A stretch of 64,000 bases of DNA from Gammaproteobacteria bacterium (GTDB lineage: Bacteria > Pseudomonadota > Gammaproteobacteria > CBDBNL01 > JAAOII01). The stretch lies in contig OZ242372.1 in NCBI GenBank assembly GCA_965209035.1, positions 32,001 to 96,000 of the forward strand, in the 5' to 3' direction. The notes beneath the pieces were generated by a model. It was not told where the DNA came from. It searched no databases and was given only the letters and a program-made list of their open reading frames with translations. Position numbers and translations under genes: made by a program. This document shows, in pieces, positions 9,215 through 19,054 of the stretch (the first letter of the stretch is position 1; each line of letters begins with the position of its first letter).

Positions 9215-11959
9215 ATGTCGTTAATGTCGCGGGTTGCCGGGCGAGTTACATCGCAGCTGACGGCAGCATCTAATACTTGCCTGCGGATGCGGCGGCTGGC
9301 TCGTTCATTATGCGCCGCTCTGCTGATGGGCATGCCGGCTTTGATTCTTGCCGGTTGTGGTGGTGGCGACGAAGGCGGCGGTGGCCCCAACCCCGACACC
9401 AATTTCGGTGTGACCGCGATTGATATTACATCGGGAGGGACAAGCCTTGCCATAGCCTGGACCAACCCCAATCAACGGGAGATTACCGGCTTTCATATTA
9501 CTTGGATGAATACCCAAAACCAAACGGACGCCGGCGTGAAAGAGTCGACACCCCCGGGTGTGGATGTCTCGGCCGGTGCGCGTGTGGTTGAAACCGTTAC
9601 GGGTTTGATGCGGGATGCTACTTACAATATCACCATTGCGACGATCTATGCGGATGGTCGGGTGGTGGCTATTGCGGTGCCCATGCCGGCGACGACGGGA
9701 GGCGATTCGGCGAGAGATCTGGATGGAGACGGGATCTCGGATGCGACAGATAATTGTTTGGCGATTGCCAATGCGGATCAAATCAACACGGACAATGCGA
9801 ATGACGGCGGCGATGCTTGCGATGATGACGATGACAATGATGGTGTGGCGGATGAGACGGATACCTGCGCGGGCGGTGCGACCGGTTGGACTTCCAATGC
9901 AACAACGGACCATGACAGTGATGGCTGTCGCGATGGCGATGAGGATTTGGACGATGACAATGACGGTGTGGCGGATGAGGCGGATGCCTGTGCGCGCCAT
10001 GCGACCGGTTGGACTTCCAATGCGACAACGGACAACGACTGTGACGGCTGTCGCGACAGAGATGAAGATCCGGATGATGGAGACGGAAACAGTAAGCCCC
10101 TTCCTTTGAACAGTCTCATGAATGCATCTTTGGCGGCGGCGAAAACAGACAGGTGGGAGATTATGCTGCCGACGGCCGGTTCTTTGGTGGTTTACACTCA
10201 GGGCACTTTGAATACTTTGGGTATTTTGAAGGACCCGGGCGGGACAGTTCTTGTCAGAACGGAAGACACCGACTTGAACAATTTTTGGTTTTGCCGGGTT
10301 CTGCCAGCGGGAACCTACTATATCCTGGTTTCGGCGACCGCTGGTCAGGGCGGGGAATACAAGATTCAAGCGGATTTTGATGAAGAAGGCAATTGCGGGA
10401 TTACCGATTTCAACCAGTGGAACCTGGACGATTATGGCATTCGGAATCTGCATGCGCGCGGCATTACGGGAGAGGGCGTTCGGATTGCCGTGGTGGACGG
10501 CGATGTGGAAATCAGACATGAAGACCTGGAAGGAAACTTAATACCCGGCCTCAGTTACGATTATGAGGATCAAAGCGATGACCCCAGCCCGACTTCCGGC
10601 TCGGACAGACACGGGACTGCGGTGACAGGGATCATTGTCGCGGATGCCGACAATGGCATAGGAATTACCGGCGTGGCAGGGAAGGCTTCTTTTTACGCTC
10701 TTAATCTTCTCAAACGGTCGACAATGAACAATATCGCTAATGCGATGGTTCGCCATACCGGCATCACGGATATTAGCAGCAACAGTTGGTCTGCCTGCAC
10801 GAAGATCAATCGCTTCTGTTCGCCGCCAATACTTTGGGAGATGGCAATAGAGCAAGGATTGCAGGAAGGGGCAAACGGCAAGGGAACCGTGTATGTTTGG
10901 GCGGCCGGCAACGACAGAAGAATCGATTCCAGTTCCAATTACAACGGCTATAGCAATCATTACGGGGTGATCGCTGTTTGCGCACTAAACAGGCAAAGAC
11001 AATTTACGACTTACAGCGAGTCGGGCGCGAATCTTTGGGTCTGTGCCCCGGGCGGGGATGGAATCGAGAATGACGGAAGAATTACCACTACGGACCTGAC
11101 CGGCACCGGCGGTTATAACAGCGGCAGGAGCAGAAGCGATTACAGCAACCCGGATTACACCGCGGGGTTTGGTGGCACATCGGCATCGGCGCCGTTTGTT
11201 GCCGGGGTGGTGGCTCTCATGCGTCAGGTTAACGCGAATTTAACCTGGCGAGATGTCAAGTTAATTCTCGCCCAGACCGCCGACCAAAATGATGACCCGG
11301 GTTGGTCGACCGGGGCGCCAGTTTACGACCCGAGCTTGCCGAACAGCCCCGCGCATTACTCCGTTCATTCGGGCATGGTTGTCCGAGAGTTTCGCAGACC
11401 CGATCCCATCTATTCTTTCCATCGCACACACGATTACGGGTTTGGGATGATTAACGCAACCAAAGCGGTCGCGGCGGCGGCGCATTGGAAACCGGTGCCG
11501 CCGATGCAACCTGCCGAAGTGTATTCTTCCGGTCCGGTAGGGATGAGAATCCCGGACATCAATTTTGCCGAGGTTCCTTACAACATCCAATTGCTGTCCG
11601 AACCGCCGATATTCGTTAGGGTTGCGGATTACCGGGACAGCACTGTCCAACATTCCATAACAGTCAGTGACAGTAATATCACCTTTGTGGAATACATTGA
11701 AATTCGGACGAACATTGCACACACCGATGCGGGAGGCTTGGAAATAGAATTGGTTGCGCCGAGCGGGCAAGTCAGTCTTCTCAATGAACTGCGTACCTGC
11801 ACCGGCGGCAACTGCGGTTACTTGGCGGGTCACCGTTTTGGCAGTGCACTGCATCTGGGTGAAAACCCCAACGGGAACTGGACCCTGATTGCCAGAGATT
11901 TGGCAACAGATCACAGCGGCACATTAAACGACTGGAACCTGAAGTTTTACGGGCATTAG
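9215..11959 (+). CDS. Kexin/furin-like S8 protease lipoprotein with FN3-like module, TSP3-type Ca-binding repeats, PPC-like and P domains (copy 2)
   Basis: Lipobox LILAGC; DxDxDG repeats at about 9716-10085; same catalytic motifs as, and high nucleotide similarity to, copy 1. Exact start uncertain. Confidence 0.9.
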   Translation: MSLMSRVAGRVTSQLTAASNTCLRMRRLARSLCAALLMGMPALILAGCGGGDEGGGGPNPDTNFGVTAIDITSGGTSLAIAWTNPNQREITGFHITWMNTQNQTDAGVKESTPPGVDVSAGARVVETVTGLMRDATYNITIATIYADGRVVAIAVPMPATTGGDSARDLDGDGISDATDNCLAIANADQINTDNANDGGDACDDDDDNDGVADETDTCAGGATGWTSNATTDHDSDGCRDGDEDLDDDNDGVADEADACARHATGWTSNATTDNDCDGCRDRDEDPDDGDGNSKPLPLNSLMNASLAAAKTDRWEIMLPTAGSLVVYTQGTLNTLGILKDPGGTVLVRTEDTDLNNFWFCRVLPAGTYYILVSATAGQGGEYKIQADFDEEGNCGITDFNQWNLDDYGIRNLHARGITGEGVRIAVVDGDVEIRHEDLEGNLIPGLSYDYEDQSDDPSPTSGSDRHGTAVTGIIVADADNGIGITGVAGKASFYALNLLKRSTMNNIANAMVRHTGITDISSNSWSACTKINRFCSPPILWEMAIEQGLQEGANGKGTVYVWAAGNDRRIDSSSNYNGYSNHYGVIAVCALNRQRQFTTYSESGANLWVCAPGGDGIENDGRITTTDLTGTGGYNSGRSRSDYSNPDYTAGFGGTSASAPFVAGVVALMRQVNANLTWRDVKLILAQTADQNDDPGWSTGAPVYDPSLPNSPAHYSVHSGMVVREFRRPDPIYSFHRTHDYGFGMINATKAVAAAAHWKPVPPMQPAEVYSSGPVGMRIPDINFAEVPYNIQLLSEPPIFVRVADYRDSTVQHSITVSDSNITFVEYIEIRTNIAHTDAGGLEIELVAPSGQVSLLNELRTCTGGNCGYLAGHRFGSALHLGENPNGNWTLIARDLATDHSGTLNDWNLKFYGH

Positions 11960-12042
11960 TCATCCATTAATTGTTTGGTTGTGCCGGGAGCGGTGTTATC
12001 ATTAATTTCAGTTTTGATATATAAAAAATAGCATTCTAAAAG

Positions 12043-12051
12043 TGGTATAAT
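12043..12051 (+). promoter_or_regulatory. Extended -10 promoter (TGGTATAAT) 6 nt before the ATG; likely leaderless transcript
   Basis: Perfect TGnTATAAT at 12043-12051, ATG at 12058, no Shine-Dalgarno in between. Confidence 0.55.
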
Positions 12052-12057
12052 ACCAAT

Positions 12058-12570
12058 ATGAAGAAAAATTATACATTTGAGTATGTAAAGTTTTTTATAC
12101 TCATCATAACTTTAATCATTCTTGCCTTTTTGAAAGGGTACTATTTTCCAATCACTCAATCATATGCTACGGACGTTATGATTAATTCAATGGCAGCATT
12201 CTTTGGTGTTTTTGGAATATTTCAACTACTGGCCTATCAAGAATTTGTTAATGTATTTCCCAAGTATGATCCTATTGCAAAGGTTGTTCCGGGTTATGCA
12301 AGAATATATCCAATACTAAGTGTTACCATAGGTGTACTATATTTCCTTAATTTATTCTCTCCATGGAGAGATATTTTAGTAGCAATAATAACTACAATTG
12401 CTTTCATAGGAATATCTGTAACAATATATTCAGACAAAAAGAAAGAAAGAGTGCATTGTGTCTGTTTAGGGAATGCAATAAAATTACCCATCTCTACTAT
12501 CACAGTTTTGGAAAACTTAGTGATGTCTGTGATGTCAATTATAATCATCATTAATTATTTCTTCTTCTAG
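12058..12570 (+). CDS. MauE/DoxX-like membrane protein, AT-rich
   Basis: Multi-TM; F..YDPIAK...Y...YP and C-x-CLG...LP....T..EN..M motifs; markedly AT-rich relative to the flanks. Confidence 0.75.
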   Translation: MKKNYTFEYVKFFILIITLIILAFLKGYYFPITQSYATDVMINSMAAFFGVFGIFQLLAYQEFVNVFPKYDPIAKVVPGYARIYPILSVTIGVLYFLNLFSPWRDILVAIITTIAFIGISVTIYSDKKKERVHCVCLGNAIKLPISTITVLENLVMSVMSIIIIINYFFF

Positions 12571-12574
12571 TCGG

Positions 12575-13183
12575 GGTTGCGGATTACCGGGACAGCACTG
12601 TCCAACATTCCATAACGGTCAATGACAGTAATATCACCTCGGAACATTTGTGGAATACATAGAAATTCGGACGAAATTCGGACGAACATTATGCATTCCG
12701 GTGCGGGGCACACTCCAATGCGGGGCACACACCGATGCGGGAGATTTGGAAATAGAACTTGTTGCGCCGAGCGGACAAGTGAGTCTTCTCAATGAACTGC
12801 GTCCCTGCACCGGCGGCAACTGCGGTTCCCAGGCAGGTCACTGTTTTGGCAGTGCACTGCATCCGGGTGAAAACCTCAACGGGAACTGGACCCTGATTGC
12901 CAGAGATTTGGCAACAGATCACAGCGGCACATTAAAAAAGGAAAAAAGGGAATTATACACTTAACAACCCCTAAAAAGTATATGAGCATAAATACTGGTA
13001 AATACAAGAAAAAAGAGGGTTATTTTCTGTTTGAGACCTTCAGAATGGAAGTTTTGACAGAGCCCCAGGCTATTTGCAATGGATCTTGAAGCAAATGGCG
13101 AATTTGAAGTGCATAGGTTGTCAAGTGTATAATTCCCTTAAAAAAACGAAAACGACTGAAATCTGAAGTTTTACGGGCATTAG
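12575..13183 (+). pseudogene. Remnant duplicate of the S8 protease 3' end (P-domain), frameshifted and interrupted by a MITE
   Basis: Matches about 11618-11959 and the equivalent part of copy 1; has small internal duplications; resumes after the MITE with acgactgaaatctgaagttttacgggcattag. Confidence 0.85.
12948..13137. mobile_element. 190-bp MITE with 22-bp terminal inverted repeats, IS1595-family-like ends
   Basis: gggaattatacacttaacaacc (12948-12969) and ggttgtcaagtgtataattccc (13116-13137) are inverted repeats with 1 mismatch; A-rich flanks; interrupts otherwise colinear protease-derived sequence; no transposase ORF. Confidence 0.75.
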
Positions 13184-13276
13184 TCGTCCATTAATTGTTC
13201 GCCAATTGTTGATTGTGCCGGGCGGACAGGTGTGCCGGTCATACCGCCGTGCCGCAATGATGCCGCCGCGTGCCGC

Positions 13277-14758
13277 CTACTGATAAATCAAGCGCGGCAG
13301 GTAGGTTGCCAGTTGCGGAAACAACCAAACCAGAAATACTATCAAGAGTTGCAAACAAACGAAAGGGACAGCCCCCCGGCAAATATCTCGAAAAGTGACC
13401 TCGGACGGGGCAACCGCCCGCAAGTAAAAAAGAGCAAACCCGAAAGGCGGCGTAAGAAAAGAGGTCTGCAAACAGACAGCGATCATCACTCCCAACCAGA
13501 GCGGGTCCGCCCCCATGCCGATGAGAATCGGGGCAAGTATCGGCACCAAAATCACCGTGATTTCTATAAACTCCAAGAAAAAGCCCAAGACAAATATCAA
13601 CAGAACAGTTGCCCAGATAGCGCCGACCGGACCTCCCGGCAAATGGGATAAGAAGGCTTCCAAGATTTTATCGCCGCCATAACCGCGAAACACCAAGGCA
13701 AAAAGTGTCGCGCCGATTAAAACGGAGAATATCTGTGTATTGATTAAAGCCGCATGACGCACGGCGGCACGCATCGCCGACCATTTCGTCGACCATTTTT
13801 TTAATGTTCCTTTTTTGATAAGAAGTAACACGAAAGCACCCAAAGAGCCGAGGGCGGCCGCTTCGGTCGGTGTTGCCAGCCCGGCGACAACAGTTCCCAA
13901 AACCAACATCATTAACAGCCCCGGCGGCAACAGATGCCACATTAACAAACCGATGTCTGTGGCATAAGGACTTTTATGGGGTGCGAGATGATCGCGATCG
14001 GAGCCGGCGTCCGCCGTTTGAGCCGCTGGGTAGGGCCCCACCGATGCGCGCGCAGCTGCCCAATCTGTCCCCAAACTTATCGACGCCCCCCGCATTTGAT
14101 GCGGGCGGGTTTGAGAGATCACCAACAAGTAACAGATGTAAAGAAGAGCCAGCCCGATCCCAGGCAGGAGCGCACCGAGAAAGAGTTCGCCCACCGAAAC
14201 CGTATTGGCTAACAACCCTGCGTTACCCATTTGCACTTGCTGATTGGCGGTGATCAGCGCATCACCGAGGACGATCAAAACAATGGAAGGCGGAATAATC
14301 TGACCGAGTGTGCCGGCCGCCGTCACTGTGCCGGCCGCCAGGGACGGCTTATAACCGTTTTTTAGCATCACCGGCAGGGCGAGCAGGCCCAAGGTGACAA
14401 CCCCCGCGCCCACAATCCCCGTAGTGGCCGCAAGAAGCATCCCCACAATGATTGTGGCAAACGCCAGACTGCCCGTTCCCGCCCCCAATAAAAAACCGAC
14501 CGCCTTCAGCAGATCCTCGGCAATGCGCGATTTCTCAAGCAAGGAACCCATCAAAATAAATAACGGCACCGAGAGCAGTGTTTGGTTTGTCATCACCGCA
14601 AAGATGCGAGAGGGAATTGCCGTCAATAAGGCAATATCAAAATGACCTGTGATGACCCCCGCCAAGGCAAACAAGAGAGAAGTGCCGGCGAGCACGAAGG
14701 CGACCGGATAGCCGCACAGCAGGGCGGCAAAAACGACCGGGAAAAGAATAAGAGCCAA
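13277..14758 (-). CDS. TRAP transporter large permease (DctM)
   Basis: SVPLFILMG, AAGTLGQIIPPS, ATPTEAAA, SFLTPPFGFALFYL. Confidence 0.92.
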   Translation of the reverse strand: MALILFPVVFAALLCGYPVAFVLAGTSLLFALAGVITGHFDIALLTAIPSRIFAVMTNQTLLSVPLFILMGSLLEKSRIAEDLLKAVGFLLGAGTGSLAFATIIVGMLLAATTGIVGAGVVTLGLLALPVMLKNGYKPSLAAGTVTAAGTLGQIIPPSIVLIVLGDALITANQQVQMGNAGLLANTVSVGELFLGALLPGIGLALLYICYLLVISQTRPHQMRGASISLGTDWAAARASVGPYPAAQTADAGSDRDHLAPHKSPYATDIGLLMWHLLPPGLLMMLVLGTVVAGLATPTEAAALGSLGAFVLLLIKKGTLKKWSTKWSAMRAAVRHAALINTQIFSVLIGATLFALVFRGYGGDKILEAFLSHLPGGPVGAIWATVLLIFVLGFFLEFIEITVILVPILAPILIGMGADPLWLGVMIAVCLQTSFLTPPFGFALFYLRAVAPSEVTFRDICRGAVPFVCLQLLIVFLVWLFPQLATYLPRLIYQ

Positions 14759-14775
14759 ACGAAAAGGTTCTTATC

Positions 14776-15285
14776 TTATCCCGACTTATGACCGCGATAA
14801 AGCAAGTAAGATGCCCTGATCCCGGAAACACACTGCAACAGCAGCAAAACGGGCAACACCAAAAGAAGAGTCTTCGGCAAATACAGAAACGGGATGCCGC
14901 CCGGCTCGGCGGATTGTTCCAGGTCACGCCAAGAATTCAGCACATACTCCCATGAAAAAACCAAAAGAGCCAACGCAAGCGGGCACAGCAAAAAAAGATG
15001 TCCAAGCAAGTCCGTGAGTGCCCGTTTTTGGACGGAAAACTTCTCATAAAAGAGACCCAGGCGGACATGCGCGTTCCATTGCTGACAAGACGCCACCATC
15101 AATGCCAAAAGAACGGATTGCATATAAACCAACGACTCTTCCAGCCGCACAGATCCCGTATTAAAGCCATAGCGAAGGAGCACCACCAGGCCGCCGGTCA
15201 GTGCCATTAGCGGCAACAAAACGGGGACGATCCTCCCCAATGTGCGGTTGATGCGATCCGCAATACGGCAGAAAGTATCAATCAA
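14776..15285 (-). CDS. TRAP transporter small permease (DctQ)
   Basis: 4-TM protein with VVLLRYGF and HVR motifs, directly upstream of the DctM gene. Confidence 0.88.
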   Translation of the reverse strand: MIDTFCRIADRINRTLGRIVPVLLPLMALTGGLVVLLRYGFNTGSVRLEESLVYMQSVLLALMVASCQQWNAHVRLGLFYEKFSVQKRALTDLLGHLFLLCPLALALLVFSWEYVLNSWRDLEQSAEPGGIPFLYLPKTLLLVLPVLLLLQCVSGIRASYLLYRGHKSG

Positions 15286-15299
15286 TAATAAATGTCCAA

Positions 15300-16073
15300 C
15301 TAAGGAGAGCGAGGGCTGTTACCTGTGTGTCGGCAAATCCAAGCTGAGAGATCTTCCAACTCCGCCATGCCGATGTAATGTTCCAGATCGTATTTCTTTA
15401 ACTCCGGTTGACGCGTCCGCAAGGCATCTCGAGTTTCCAAACAGTACTTAAACGGCACCGTCTCATCTCGGACGCCGTGCATAAGAAGAATAGGGCAAGA
15501 GTTGTTGTTTTGCCGCAGAAGTTCGGGGCAGGGCGGCAGAAAGCCGGCAATGCAAGCAACCCCGCCCGGCGGCACTTCGGCAAGAAGCCCGTATGCCAGA
15601 GCCACGGAACCGCCTTGGGAAAACCCCGTCACGAAGATATTCCGCTCGGCATAACCCTCGTTCTTTAACTCGGCAATCAGTTCACCGACGGAGCGAACAA
15701 CATCGCCAATATCCCGGCAGTTGGCATGGGGCGGATCCAAACTGAGGATATCATACCAAGAAGGCATCGTTACGCCGCCGTTCAGGGTCACCGGCATTGT
15801 GGGCGCGTTCGGCAGGACCAAAAGGGCGGACGGAATGCGCCGTTGCAGTTCCAAGGCGGCCGCCGAGATGTCCTCGGCATCCGCACCGAGGCCGTGCATA
15901 AAAATAATGCAGATCCTTTCATCCGGAGAGGCTGCGGCTGTTACTGAAGAAAATGCTTTCGCTTTGGCGGCTGCTTTACGGGCTGCCGTTTTCGGTGGCA
16001 ATATCAGACAGTCTGTTTTATTCATAGGATGATTAATTTCGGGTAGGTGCTGATGTGCCGTCACTTCGGTCAT
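15300..16073 (-). CDS. Carboxylesterase/acyl-protein thioesterase-like alpha/beta hydrolase
   Basis: HGLGA, PVTLNGGVTMPSWYDI, GFSQGG, HGVRDETVP, catalytic His near the C-terminus. Confidence 0.88.
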   Translation of the reverse strand: MTEVTAHQHLPEINHPMNKTDCLILPPKTAARKAAAKAKAFSSVTAAASPDERICIIFMHGLGADAEDISAAALELQRRIPSALLVLPNAPTMPVTLNGGVTMPSWYDILSLDPPHANCRDIGDVVRSVGELIAELKNEGYAERNIFVTGFSQGGSVALAYGLLAEVPPGGVACIAGFLPPCPELLRQNNNSCPILLMHGVRDETVPFKYCLETRDALRTRQPELKKYDLEHYIGMAELEDLSAWICRHTGNSPRSP

Positions 16074-16392
16074 CCGTTGTCCGCTGTAATTTGTGCTTAT
16101 GCATATATATGTATAGTTTGAATTTCACAGGTAATCATCCTCATTTTATCCAAAATAAGCATCATAATGCCGAAAGATACAAGCAAAGTAGCAAAAGCAG
16201 CCGGCAAAAGCATCGGTTGGCGGGTTGGCAAGTCGCTTAGGGTTGCCGGTCCGCGTACTTAACTTAACAAGAAAACTCTAGACCGGGCGGGGTGGGACAA
16301 AAGATGCCTAGCCCCTGCCTAGCCTCACTGAAATAGGGTAAAATATTAACAATGCTGATTTTATCTTTAATAAAAACAACCAATCATTCATT

Positions 16393-18743
16393 ATGAGCAT
16401 ATTCGCAATACACGCTATCCGTAGCAACGGCATCGTCGCAGCCGGCCAAACGGCACACCGCGGCATCATCCTATTATTAACCATCGGCTTGTCGGCCGTC
16501 TTGCTCGCCGCTTGCGGCGGCGGTAGTTCTACCCCCCCCCCCCCCCCCCCCCCCCCGATAAGTTCGGTGTTACCGAGATTGAGTTTGTGGCAGGAGATAC
16601 CAACACGAGTCTTGTCGTCTCTTGGAAGAATCCGAATCAACCCAATATTACCGGCTTCCATATTACCTGGTTCAATGTTGCCAATATAAGCGATGGCGAC
16701 ACGGAGGAACTTAATTCCACCACATCGGATGTTTCGCTGTTACCCGGTGCTCGGGTGATCTACAACATCACAGGCTTAACCAGTCACACCGTTTACCGAA
16801 TCACAATTGCGGTACTTTATGAAAATGGCGATGCTGCGGTTTCGGCTCCTATTGAAAAAACGACCGAGGCGGACCCGGATGGCGGTGGTAATCCGGTTCC
16901 CGATCCTTTGGCTGTTTCCGGTATCCGAACCATAGTCAGTGGGAATAATATTATCGTGAGTTGGACCAATCCAAACCGGGAGAGTATCAGCGGGTTCAAT
17001 ATTAATTGGATCAATGTTGGCGATGATGCCGATACGACCGCTCGCGGAGAAATGGAACTTACTGATTCCCTGGCGAATGTTGTGGCGGGTGCTTCGGATA
17101 ATACATATAAGATTACGAATCTAAACTATGCTGCCACCTATCGCATCACAGTTACAGTGCGTTATGCGGATGGCACTTCGGTGGCTTCAACTTCGGTTGA
17201 AGGCATCACCGGAACGGATCCGGACGATATTGATGGTGATGGTGTGGCGAATGCGGATGATTTGGACTATGACGGTGACGGCTTGATAGAGATTCACAGC
17301 TTGGACCAGTTAGCATTACTGCGCGATGATCTGGACGGCGATGGAGATGATGATGAGAATATTGACGAGATTACCGCCGTGGGTTCCGCAGGCTGTCCGG
17401 TCTCGGACAGCTGTCGGGGCTACGAACTGACTCGCTCGCTGAATTTCAGCGATGCGGCTTCCTATTTGCCGGGCAGTGCTAATAAGGCTGCTTGGACGAA
17501 TCGCAGTGGCAGCGGCTGGCAGCCGATCGGTTCCTGCTCCGCCCGGAATACTTGCACTCCTTGGACGGCTGTGTTTGATGGCGGCGGTTATTCTATTGCC
17601 GATCTGTTCATTTCTGTCAATCATACCGTCAATGGCATCGGCTTGTTTGGTGCGTTCAATGGCACTATCCAAAATCTGCATCTCCAAGATGCGAATGTCA
17701 GTGGCGGTGCCAATGATGTGGGCCTGCTGGCGGGCTATGGCCGCAATGCTCGTTATGAGAATCTGTCGGTTATCGGGGGAGTGATCATGAGTGCGTCCGC
17801 GGATTCTGTCGGTGGTCTGGTTGGCGATGCGTCCGGTGCGGATACTATGATGCATGCGGTATCCGTGTCCGATGCGACTGTTGCCGGCGATGATCAGATC
17901 GGCGGCCTGGTCGGCGATGGACGGGATGCGACGCTTCGGGCCGCCTTCGTGTCCGATGCGACTGTGCGTGCCGCTGATGACCATGCCAGTGCCGATGATG
18001 ATCGTGTCGGCGGTCTGGTCGGCGATGGACGGCGTGCGACGATTCATGCCGCGGCTGTGTCCGATGTGACTGTTGCCGGTGACAATCGTCTCGGCGGTCT
18101 GGTCGGCGATGGAGAGGGTGCGACGATTCGTGCCGTGTCCGTGTCCGATGCGAATATTACAGCCCTTGATGCGCATGGTGGTACGTTTATTGGCGGGGTG
18201 CTCGGTAATGGGATAGGTGCCGATGTTCGTCATTCCTATGTGGTCCGTGGCAGTGTTGGTGGTCTTGGAAGGCGTGCGGCTCCTGCTTCTATTCGATCGG
18301 TGGGTGGCTTGTTCGGTACCGGGATGGGTGCCAATGTTCGTTATTCCTATGTGGCCAGTGGCGAGATCTCAGGCAATGTATTTTTCGGTGGCTTGATCGG
18401 TAGTTCCGCCTTTTTCATAACGACAACATTCTTCATCGCATCCTATTGGAACACGCAAACCACAAGGCAGTCGCTAGTGTCGTCAGGTGTTCATGTGGGG
18501 AAGACAGGAACGGCGGCGAAGACAACTGCGGAGCTGCAGACCCCGACTAACTTCACCGGGACGGACAACATCTACGCACTCTGGGGCAACTTCTGGTGTG
18601 ATCCGGTTAGTCTCGAGATCCGGGAAACCACAGATGCCGGCGGCCCCGGTGCCCCTTTCATTCGTCTGTGGGATCTGGGCGCGGCCAACCAATACCCCGC
18701 CCTGAACTGCCTTCCCCTCAGCCCGGCACAACAACGGCAGTAA
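16393..18743 (+). CDS. Surface lipoprotein with two FN3-like modules, DxDGDG repeats and GLUG-type repeats; frameshifted at a poly-C tract
   Basis: Lipobox VLLAAC in ORF 16393; the body (from gat at 16557, DKFGVTEIEF...) is in another frame and continues as ORF 16587-18743; repeated VGGLVG motifs. Confidence 0.8.
16532..16556 (+). repeat. C25 homopolymer tract
   Basis: 25 consecutive C right after the lipobox-linker codons. Confidence 0.95.
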
Positions 18744-18994
18744 GCAATAACAAACTGAGCAAGCGAGAATCCGGTCACCTGCCTTGTTTTTTGTCAATGT
18801 AGAACAGCAAGCGGCAATAGGCAATAACGGGCAGGCAGAGTAAACGGGCGGGACTCAATAACCCCTCATTCTTTAATACTTACGGACCAACTCTCGGCGG
18901 TTCGGGGAGTGGCTTGAGGGTCGTGCGGACACAAACACGCAGAGTCCAAAACCGGGTGGGATGGGACAAAAAAATCTTCTATAACAACAATAGA

Positions 18995-19046
18995 TGCTAT
19001 AATATATTTGTTAGTAATGATTTTAAAAACATTACAAACAAAGGAG
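18995..19046 (+). promoter_or_regulatory. Extended -10 (TGCTATAAT) and RBS (AAGGAG) for the 19055 gene
   Basis: TGnTATAAT at 18995-19003; AAGGAG at 19041-19046, 8 nt before ATG 19055. Confidence 0.55.
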
Positions 19047-19054
19047 ATTATGTT

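Noticed and set aside
9308-10519. 403-aa minus-strand ORF
   Set aside because: Antisense shadow of the Asp-rich protease gene; no recognisable motifs.
12650-12964. 104-aa ORF as a stand-alone P-domain gene
   Set aside because: It lies within a frameshifted remnant and ends inside the MITE; treated as a pseudogene.
17316-18233. 305-aa minus-strand ORF
   Set aside because: Antisense shadow of the GLUG repeats.
18914-19054. Longer N-terminus for the coiled-coil gene given by the ORF track
   Set aside because: It spans the flanking repeat and promoter; the RBS supports ATG 19055.
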